In this document: piece by piece, positions 18,448-25,819 of the stretch
How the letters are laid out: every line of letters starts with the position of its first letter
How positions within the stretch are numbered: the first letter of the stretch is position 1
Source: Meiothermus sp.
GTDB lineage: Bacteria; Deinococcota; Deinococci; Deinococcales; Thermaceae
Assembly (NCBI GenBank): GCA_033762915.1
Contig: JANRLD010000105.1
Location: forward strand, 1-40,644
Reading direction: 5' to 3'
Length of the DNA: 40,644 nucleotides
Translations under genes and position numbers: made by a program
Notes under the pieces: generated by a model
Told to the model about the DNA's origin: nothing
Seen by the model: the letters and a program-made list of their open reading frames with translations, nothing else
The model's database searches: none

Positions 18448-19722
18448 TTAGTTCGGCTTGAACACTACCTTAATGCCCCGCCCGGTAGCGGCGGCGCGGA
18501 CGGCCTCGGGCCAGGCCTCGAGGGCGAACTTGTGGGTCACTAGGGCGTCGCAGCCGTGCATGGCGGGCAGCAGCTCGACTGCCCTGGCGAAGCTGTCCCA
18601 GGAGTAGCCCCAACTGCCCTGCAGGCTCAGTTGCCGCAGCGCGTAGGGGGCGAAGTCCTGCGCACCGGCCCCGGTCTGGCCCAGCAGCAAGACCCGGCCC
18701 CCGGCCTCGGTGGCGCCCGCCGCCGCCTGCACGCCCTGAGCGGTCTGGCTGGCCTCGATCACCCCGGCGAAGCCGCCCTGCGCGCTGCCCCTGCGCGCGC
18801 GCCCGACCCCCAGGGCCTGCTGCGCCTCCTGCACGCCGGGATACACCGCGTCGGCGCCCAGGAACCGGGCCAGCTCCACCGCCCGGCTTTGCCGCGTCAC
18901 CACGTGTATGCGCCCGTCGTAGCCCATCACCCGCAGGGCCTTGACCGCCAGTAGCCCCAGCACGCGCCCGCCTACGATGAGCAGGGAGGCCGGAGGGGAA
19001 GAAGAGGAAAGGGATACAGGGGGGGAAGCCGGACTTCCCTGTCCGCCTCCCCTGTTCTCCACTGCCTTTCCCCTCCCCCGCTCGTCCCCCCAGCCAAACC
19101 GCCAGGCCAGCCCCAGGCCGTGCACCACCTGGGCCAGCGGCTCGGCCAGCACAGCGCACTCATCGGACACGGCCTCGGGGATGGGGAAGATGCGCTCGCG
19201 GTGGGCCAACATCAGCGGGGCAAAGCCGCCGGGGAAGTCGGAGCAGAAGCCCACCGAGCCGGGGGCGAAGTTGCCCTCGAGGCTGCTCAGGCAGAGGTGG
19301 TCTTCGCCCCGGGCGCAGGCCGGACACTCCGGCAGGCCGCGCTCGAGACAGGCCAGCACCGGATTGACCACCACCCGCACCCCGCCCAACTCGGCCAGAA
19401 TCTGGTGCCCCAGCACGGCAGGGAAGGACATGGTGGCCAGGGCGGCGGGCGACTGGCGGCCGTACAGCAGCGCCAGGTCATGCTCCCCCAGGCCCGCCAA
19501 GCGCACCCTTAGGCGCTGGAAGTCGCCACGCGGCAGCGGCTCAGGCATGGCGGCCAGGCTGAGCGGCAGTGCGCGGGCGGGGAAATACTGGCCCAGCAGC
19601 CTGGTTGCGGCGTAGCGCGGCAGCGAGGGAGCAAAGACCAGGCCCCGCATCAGCCGCTGGGGGAGGCTGCTCGCCGCCACCGAGCGGGTGAGGGTCTGGG
19701 GTACGGCCACCGCCTGCGCCAT
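18448..19722 (-). CDS. Zn-binding medium-chain dehydrogenase-like protein with a degenerate catalytic site
   Basis: FPAVLGH, structural Zn cysteines (C..CPAC..C), AVLAEPL, LVTHKF and IKVVF. Confidence 0.8.
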   Translation of the reverse strand: MAQAVAVPQTLTRSVAASSLPQRLMRGLVFAPSLPRYAATRLLGQYFPARALPLSLAAMPEPLPRGDFQRLRVRLAGLGEHDLALLYGRQSPAALATMSFPAVLGHQILAELGGVRVVVNPVLACLERGLPECPACARGEDHLCLSSLEGNFAPGSVGFCSDFPGGFAPLMLAHRERIFPIPEAVSDECAVLAEPLAQVVHGLGLAWRFGWGDERGRGKAVENRGGGQGSPASPPVSLSSSSPPASLLIVGGRVLGLLAVKALRVMGYDGRIHVVTRQSRAVELARFLGADAVYPGVQEAQQALGVGRARRGSAQGGFAGVIEASQTAQGVQAAAGATEAGGRVLLLGQTGAGAQDFAPYALRQLSLQGSWGYSWDSFARAVELLPAMHGCDALVTHKFALEAWPEAVRAAATGRGIKVVFKPN

Positions 19723-20067
19723 CCCCCTATTTTGCCTCGTTTTGCGATCTCCCACAATCGCCGGGCTCGCTCGAGCCTTGGCCCGCCGCGGTGCCGCCCG
19801 GTGACTCAGGCGCCAACTGCCCACGGCCCCGCCACGTCTTCTCGCACGACGAGTCGGCAACGACGAGCTGACCCTGATTGTGTAGTCTCGAGATGCACAG
19901 GCGGGCCAAGCCGCACTGAGGCGCGAGACAACCCGCGACCACCGCGACCGTGAGGGGGCGATAAGCGCATTCTCACCGCAAAAAACGCTCCTAAGTGTAG
20001 TCCACTCCCTTCTCGAGGCAGTCCCTTGCTCCTATTATTCAAGGGCTGTAAAAGGGAGGAAAACTGC

Positions 20068-20946
20068 ATGATACCAGGTGCTTTCGAGTACCACCGTCCC
20101 GGCTCTGTTGAGGAGGCCGTTGCCCTGATGGGCCAGCACGGCTCCGACGCCCGGATCCTCGCGGGCGGGCAGAGCCTTATCCCGGCGATGCGCTACCGGC
20201 TCGCCCAGCCCACCGTTTTGGTAGACATCAACAAGCTACCAGGGCTGAACTATCTGACCGAAGAGAACGGCGTGCTGCGGGTGGGTGCGCTGGCGCGGGA
20301 TACCGACGTGGAGTTCCATAAGGGCATCCAGGGCGCGTACCACCTGATCGCCGACGTCTCGATGGTCGTCGCCGACCCCATCGTGCGCTACCGGGGCACC
20401 GTGGTGGGCTCGCTGTGCCACAACGACCCCTCTGGCGACTGGGCCGCAGCCGCCATCGCCAGCCGCGCCCAAATGGTCGTGGCGGGCAGCGGCGGGCAGA
20501 AAGTGGTAGGGATTGACGAGTTCCTGGTCGACTCCTTCACCACCTCGATTGCCGAGGGCGAGATGGCCATCGAGGCCCGCTTCGCCACCCCCAACAGCCA
20601 CACCTCCGGCGCCTACGAGAAGATCGAGCGCAAGGTCGGCGACTACGCCACCGCCGCCGCCGCCGTGCAGGTCGAGATGAACCCCGACGGCACCGTCAAG
20701 CAGGTCGGTATCGGCATCACCGCCGTGGCCCACATGGCCCTGCGGGTGGCTGCGGGCGAGGCCCTGATGGTAGGCCAAAAGCCCAGCATGGACCTGATCC
20801 GCGCCGCTGCCGAGGAGGCCCGCAAGCTCGCCGACCCCAACCCCGACAACCGGGGCTCGGCGGAGTACAAGAAGGACATGGCCCGGGTACTGGTCGGGCG
20901 CGGCCTGATCAAGGCGTTCAAGCGGCTGGGAGTCGCGGTCGCCTGA
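20068..20946 (+). CDS. coxM: Aerobic CO dehydrogenase medium (FAD) subunit
   Basis: LAGGQSLIP and RGTVVGSLCHNDP FAD-binding motifs, GGAGG RBS, operon context. Confidence 0.92.
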   Translation: MIPGAFEYHRPGSVEEAVALMGQHGSDARILAGGQSLIPAMRYRLAQPTVLVDINKLPGLNYLTEENGVLRVGALARDTDVEFHKGIQGAYHLIADVSMVVADPIVRYRGTVVGSLCHNDPSGDWAAAAIASRAQMVVAGSGGQKVVGIDEFLVDSFTTSIAEGEMAIEARFATPNSHTSGAYEKIERKVGDYATAAAAVQVEMNPDGTVKQVGIGITAVAHMALRVAAGEALMVGQKPSMDLIRAAAEEARKLADPNPDNRGSAEYKKDMARVLVGRGLIKAFKRLGVAVA

Positions 20947-21066
20947 CGGCAGGAGAAGAGAGGGGAAGGAGAAATGTGGAGAGGAAAACCCGACCGCCGT
21001 TAACTTTACTTTTCTCCCCACTTTCCACCTACCACGCCTTTCATACCTACGCGGAGACAACCAACA

Positions 21067-21552
21067 ATGGAAATTAAGCTTAAGATCAACGGAACCGAAC
21101 ACAAGATGGACGTGGAGCCGCGCACGCTGCTGGCCCACGCCATCCGCGACGCGGGCCTCACCGGCACCCACATCGGCTGCGACAGCTCCTCCTGCGGCGT
21201 CTGCACGGTGGTGCTCGACGGCAACAGCGCGGTCAAGAGCTGCACCATGTTCGCTGTACAGGCCGAGGGCCACGAGATCATGACCGTCGAGGGCATGGCC
21301 CAGGGCGGCAAGCTCCACCCCATCCAGCAGGCCTTCCACGACCAGCACGGCCTCCAGTGCGGCTACTGCACCCCCGGCATGATGCTGGCCTCCTACGCCC
21401 TCTTGCAGCACAACCCCACCCCCACCGAGGACGAGATCCGCTTCGGCCTGTCGGGCAACCTCTGCCGCTGCACCGGCTACAACAACATCGTCAAGGCGGT
21501 GCAGCAGGCCAGCGCCGCCATGCAGCCGGTGGGCTCGGCGGCGGACGATTGA
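21067..21552 (+). CDS. coxS: Aerobic CO dehydrogenase small (2Fe-2S) subunit
   Basis: [20 protein letters not shown] and GNLCRCTGY. Confidence 0.95.
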   Translation: MEIKLKINGTEHKMDVEPRTLLAHAIRDAGLTGTHIGCDSSSCGVCTVVLDGNSAVKSCTMFAVQAEGHEIMTVEGMAQGGKLHPIQQAFHDQHGLQCGYCTPGMMLASYALLQHNPTPTEDEIRFGLSGNLCRCTGYNNIVKAVQQASAAMQPVGSAADD

Positions 21553-21651
21553 TCTGTGTCGTACGTCATACGTCGTACGCGAACAGCGAACAGCGAGATT
21601 TTGACGTAAGACGTAAGACCTCCGACACACGACGCGACTGAAAGGAGCCAT

Positions 21652-24048
21652 ATGTCTGTACAATCTCCGAACCTCGAGCCCAAGGGCATCCAGGGCTTGG
21701 GCAAGGCCATCAAGCGGAAGGAAGACCAGCGCTTCATCCTAGGGCGGGGCAGCTACGTCGACGACATGGTGTTGCCCAACATGCACTATCTGGCCATCGT
21801 GCATAGCCCCTACGCGCACGCCAAGATCCTGAGCATCGACTCCTCCGAAGCCATGAAGGTGCCCGGGGTCAAGGCGGTAATCACCTCCAAGGAACTGGCG
21901 GGGGCCAATCTCGCGTGGATTCCCACCCTGGCCGGCGACAAGCAGATGGTGCTGGCCGACGGCAAGGTGGTTTATCAGTACCAGGAGGTGGCTGCCGTGA
22001 TCGCCACCACCCGTCAGGCCGCCGCCGACGGGGCCGCCGCCGTGATCGTGGACTACGACCCCCTCGAGGCCCTGGTCGACCCCTTTAAGGCCACCGCCGA
22101 TAGCGCACCCGTGGTGCGCGAAGACCTGACCGAGCTGAAGGGGGCGCACGGCGAACGGCTGCACCCCAACCACATCTGGACCTGGAAGGTGGGCGACGAG
22201 GACGGCACCGCCGCAGCCATCAACAGCGGCGAGGTCAAGATTAAGCAGAAAATGCTTTATCAGCGCTGCCACGCCGCGCCCCTCGAGCCCTCCGGCGTGA
22301 TCGCCGACATGAACCCCGGCACCGGACGCCTGACCCTCTGGCTGACCTCCCAGGCCCCCCACGCCCACCGCACGGTGGTCTCGCTGGTCACCGGCATCCC
22401 CGAGAACAACATCCGGGTGGTCTCGCCCGACCTGGGGGGCGGTTTCGGCAACAAGGTGCCCGTCTACCCCGGCTACGTCTGCGCGGCGGTGGCCAGCATC
22501 GTGCTGGGTGCCCCGGTCAAGTGGATCGAGACCCGCACCGAGAACCTCACCACCGGCTCCTTCGCCCGCGACTACCACATGGAGGCCGAGATTTCCGCCA
22601 CCAAGGACGGCAAGGTGACGGGCCTCAAGGTCACCACCCTGGCCGACCACGGGGCCTTCGACGCCGCAGCCGACCCCTCCAAGTACCCGGCCGGCCTGTT
22701 CAGTATCTGCACCGGCTCCTACGACTTCCCCAAGGCCTTTGCACAGGTCGACGCGGTGTACACCAACAAGGCCCCCGGCGGGGTGGCCTACCGCTGCTCG
22801 TTCCGCGTTACCGAGGCCAGCTACCTGATCGAGCGCAGCATGGACGTGCTGGCCCAAGAGCTTCAGATGGACCCGGTGGAGCTGCGCCTGAAGAATTTCG
22901 TCAAGCCCGAGCAGATGCCCTATCCCTCGGCCCTGGGCTGGACCTACGACTCCGGCGACTACGAGGCCACCCTTAAGAAGGCGCTGGACAAGATCGGCTA
23001 CGCCGAGTTGCGCCGGGAGCAGGCCGAGAAGCGGGCCAGGGGCGAGTTCATGGGCATCGGGGTCTCCACCTTCACCGAGATCGTGGGGGCCGGGCCGTCC
23101 AAGGACTTCGACATTCTGGGCCTGAAGATGTTCGAGGGCGCGGAGATTCGCATCCACCCCACCGGCAGCGCCATCGTGCGCACCGGCACCAAGGCCCAGG
23201 GACAGGGCCACGAGACCACCTGGGCCCAGATCGTGGCCGAGGAGCTGGGCCTCAACGTCGAGCGCATCATCGTCGAGGAGGGCGACACCGACACCGCCCC
23301 CTACGGCCTGGGCACCTACGCCTCCCGCTCCACCCCCACCGCCGGGGCCGCCCTGGCCATGGCCAGCCGGCGCATCCGCGAGAAGGCCAAGAAGATCGCC
23401 GCACACCTGATGGAAGTCGGTGAGGCCGACGTGGAGTGGAAAGACTACAAGTTCGGCGTGAAGGGCGTGCCCGGCAAGAGCGTCACCATGAACGACGTGG
23501 CCTTTGCCGCCTACACCAACTTCCCCCAGGGCCTCGAGCCCGGTCTCGAGACCACCTACTACTACGACCCCCCCAACCTGACCTTCCCCCACGGGGCCTA
23601 CATCGCCGTAGTGGATATTGACAAGGGCACCGGCGAGGTCAAGGTGCGCCGCTTCCTGGCGGTGGACGACTGCGGTACCATCATCAACCCGATGGTGGTG
23701 GAAGGGCAGGTGCACGGCGGCCTGACCGAGGGCTTCGCCATCGCCTTCATGCAGGAGATCCCCTTCGACGAGCAGGGCAACCACCTGGCCACCAACTTCA
23801 CCGACTACCTGATCCCCACCTCCCTCGAGTCCCCCAAGTGGGAGACCGATCACACCGTTTCACCCAGCCCCCACCACCCCATCGGGGCCAAGGGCGTGGG
23901 CGAGTCGCCCAACGTGGGCAGCCCCGCCGCCTTCGTCAACGCGGTAGTGGACGCCCTCTCTCCCCTCGGCGTCAAGCACATCGACATGCCCGTTACCCGC
24001 GAGAAGGTCTGGAAGGCCCTGCGGGCGGGCGGGGTGGACAGCTTCTAG
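21652..24048 (+). CDS. coxL: Aerobic CO dehydrogenase large (Mo-Cu) subunit, form I
   Basis: Active-site loop VAYRCSFR (form I signature AYxCSFR), GGGFGNK, QGQGHET and GAKGVGE. Confidence 0.95.
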   Translation: MSVQSPNLEPKGIQGLGKAIKRKEDQRFILGRGSYVDDMVLPNMHYLAIVHSPYAHAKILSIDSSEAMKVPGVKAVITSKELAGANLAWIPTLAGDKQMVLADGKVVYQYQEVAAVIATTRQAAADGAAAVIVDYDPLEALVDPFKATADSAPVVREDLTELKGAHGERLHPNHIWTWKVGDEDGTAAAINSGEVKIKQKMLYQRCHAAPLEPSGVIADMNPGTGRLTLWLTSQAPHAHRTVVSLVTGIPENNIRVVSPDLGGGFGNKVPVYPGYVCAAVASIVLGAPVKWIETRTENLTTGSFARDYHMEAEISATKDGKVTGLKVTTLADHGAFDAAADPSKYPAGLFSICTGSYDFPKAFAQVDAVYTNKAPGGVAYRCSFRVTEASYLIERSMDVLAQELQMDPVELRLKNFVKPEQMPYPSALGWTYDSGDYEATLKKALDKIGYAELRREQAEKRARGEFMGIGVSTFTEIVGAGPSKDFDILGLKMFEGAEIRIHPTGSAIVRTGTKAQGQGHETTWAQIVAEELGLNVERIIVEEGDTDTAPYGLGTYASRSTPTAGAALAMASRRIREKAKKIAAHLMEVGEADVEWKDYKFGVKGVPGKSVTMNDVAFAAYTNFPQGLEPGLETTYYYDPPNLTFPHGAYIAVVDIDKGTGEVKVRRFLAVDDCGTIINPMVVEGQVHGGLTEGFAIAFMQEIPFDEQGNHLATNFTDYLIPTSLESPKWETDHTVSPSPHHPIGAKGVGESPNVGSPAAFVNAVVDALSPLGVKHIDMPVTREKVWKALRAGGVDSF

Positions 24049-24141
24049 CCGATAGCCGATAGCTAAAGGCCTACAGCCAAAGGCGAACTGCAGGGGTTTC
24101 GCTATCGGCGATAAGCTATAAGCTATCTGCGAGGTATACAC

Positions 24142-24600
24142 ATGAAACTCGAGTACAACGGACAGGAAAAAGTGCAGGCCACCGCCGAGACGGTCTGGGG
24201 CTTCATCCAAGACCCCAAAAAGGTCGCGAGTTGCCTCCCCGACCTCAAGTCGGTGGAGATTAAAGACGACAGAAACATGGTCGCCACGGTGGGCGTTGCG
24301 GTGGGACCGGTGCGCGGCTCCTTCAAGTTCAACATCGAGCTCGACCCCCGGCCCGCCGACAACCAGGTGCAGGTCAAGATCCGCGGCGGCGGCCTGGGCT
24401 CGGCTGTCGACCTCACCGCCAGCGCCGACATCCAGGGCCAGGCCGACCAGACCACCCTGCTGGACTGGAAGGGCGAGGCCAAGGTCAGCGGCCCCGCCGC
24501 CACCGTGGGCGGCCGGGTGCTCGATGCCCAGGCCAAGCGCCTAATCGAGGCGGTGTTTGCCAACATGAGCAAGAAGATGGGCGAGGCCCAACTGGCCTAA
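24142..24600 (+). CDS. coxG: CoxG (SRPBCC) CO dehydrogenase accessory protein
   Basis: VW..I.DP.KVASCLP and ATVGGRVL motifs; follows coxL. Confidence 0.85.
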   Translation: MKLEYNGQEKVQATAETVWGFIQDPKKVASCLPDLKSVEIKDDRNMVATVGVAVGPVRGSFKFNIELDPRPADNQVQVKIRGGGLGSAVDLTASADIQGQADQTTLLDWKGEAKVSGPAATVGGRVLDAQAKRLIEAVFANMSKKMGEAQLA

Positions 24601-24619
24601 AGCCGAACGAAAGCGAGCG

Positions 24620-24648
24620 AAGCCCCCTGACGCGCAGGGGGCTTTTGG
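24620..24648 (+). terminator. Rho-independent terminator of the cox operon
   Basis: AAGCCCCCTG-ACGCG-CAGGGGGCTT followed by a T-rich tail. Confidence 0.85.
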
Positions 24649-24727
24649 TTTGGGGCGAGGCTCGAGGAAATCGGGGTGGTGGGTTTTAGGTAAGCTCGAG
24701 GTGCTACGAGGTCATACGGTTTTTCCG

Positions 24728-24755
24728 TTGACTGAAGGGGGCAAGCACGTAAAAT
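24728..24755 (+). promoter_or_regulatory. Sigma70-like promoter with no downstream + strand gene
   Basis: TTGACT-16 nt-TAAAAT. Confidence 0.55.
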
Positions 24756-24833
24756 CGTAGTTAGATCGAGCGCCCGTACGGTAGCTTAACCTAAGCCCAC
24801 ATGTGTGGGCTAATTCAGTGGAAGGCCAGAAAT

Positions 24834-25757
24834 CTAGCCAAGTCCGTAATACTTAAGAATCAGATCGGCAAGTACACCAACGCCAACATCCTTACCCAAA
24901 TTGAGCAAACCTAACGACACCTTCGTGGCCATTTTGCCAATCCATGCATTGACTCTCTCTCCCAGCCCTTCTTGTTTAGTTCGCGGCCCATCGCTAGCTA
25001 TTGCGTCTTTTAAATCTTGGATGTCGCTCTGTTCTACGCCAACATCCCTGAGCGATTTATCGAGCGATTCAAGATCGCCTTGTTTGATATACATAATGCT
25101 TTGTAAGGTGAAATCCTTACTGCCAGCAACTACATTTTGGACATTCCCCGTGATGTGGGTATGAAATACATGGCCCACCGTATCCTTGGAGATTGGTAGA
25201 TTATTGGAGGGCCATTCACCAGCATCTGGGGCTTCAGATTCAATTTCTAATACGAAGTTCAATACGCGATTACGAACAGTGTCCAGTATCGCAGCAATCT
25301 GATGTACCGACAAAACCTGCCAAGCGTCGATGATAACCATACCCTTGTAGATAGGAAACTGTTGCATCAAAGCGATCAAGTTTGCCGGCCACTGTAGGTG
25401 AAGGGTGCCATCAGATTTTTTGATCAAACTGCTCAGAGAGCTAATAGAGTCTGTTATCTTCGCTTCTGATGCCCAATGCCTGTATTCGGCTGGAAGTGAG
25501 CCAGATGGAATTACAGCATTGCGTAGGCCGTTATTGAACGATCCTGAAAAATGCCCTGCCGCGTTAATCCCTAAGATTCGATAAGTTGGAAGTTTATCTT
25601 CATCTTCATAACCATTCAGCTCCGAGTTTACCCAAGACCTAAATTCTGAGTTGCCAAGCCTAGCTGCTAAAATTGCGCATTTGCGTAATAAGTCTGCAAG
25701 AGAAACTGATGAGTCAATGGCTGATGCTTGAATTTCCTGCAGAAGATTAATTTTCAT
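24834..25757 (-). CDS. AbiTii-domain protein (putative abortive-infection/defence effector)
   Basis: N-terminus LLQEIQ..AID.S.SLADLLRKC..LA.RLG....WV.SELNGY matches my recollection of the AbiTii domain. The gene is AT-rich relative to its flanks. Confidence 0.75.
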   Translation of the reverse strand: MKINLLQEIQASAIDSSVSLADLLRKCAILAARLGNSEFRSWVNSELNGYEDEDKLPTYRILGINAAGHFSGSFNNGLRNAVIPSGSLPAEYRHWASEAKITDSISSLSSLIKKSDGTLHLQWPANLIALMQQFPIYKGMVIIDAWQVLSVHQIAAILDTVRNRVLNFVLEIESEAPDAGEWPSNNLPISKDTVGHVFHTHITGNVQNVVAGSKDFTLQSIMYIKQGDLESLDKSLRDVGVEQSDIQDLKDAIASDGPRTKQEGLGERVNAWIGKMATKVSLGLLNLGKDVGVGVLADLILKYYGLG

Positions 25758-25770
25758 GGATATAAGTCTA

Positions 25771-25807
25771 TAGGAGGGTCATCGATATCCCAAAGATGAC
25801 CCTCCTA
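25771..25807 (-). terminator. Hairpin after leuS (probable terminator)
   Basis: TAGGAGGGTCATC / GATGACCCTCCTA perfect 13-bp inverted repeat. Confidence 0.6.
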
Positions 25808-25819
25808 CTTGAGAAGTTC

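Noticed and set aside
19730..20060. Possible Moco riboswitch or CRP-like site before coxM (TGTGTAGTCTCGAGATGCACA)
   Set aside because: Only a weak dyad centred on the ubiquitous CTCGAG; no riboswitch consensus was recognised.
21555..21640. Possible CRISPR or mini-array
   Set aside because: The units are 7-nt tandem repeats without spacers, and no cas genes are present.
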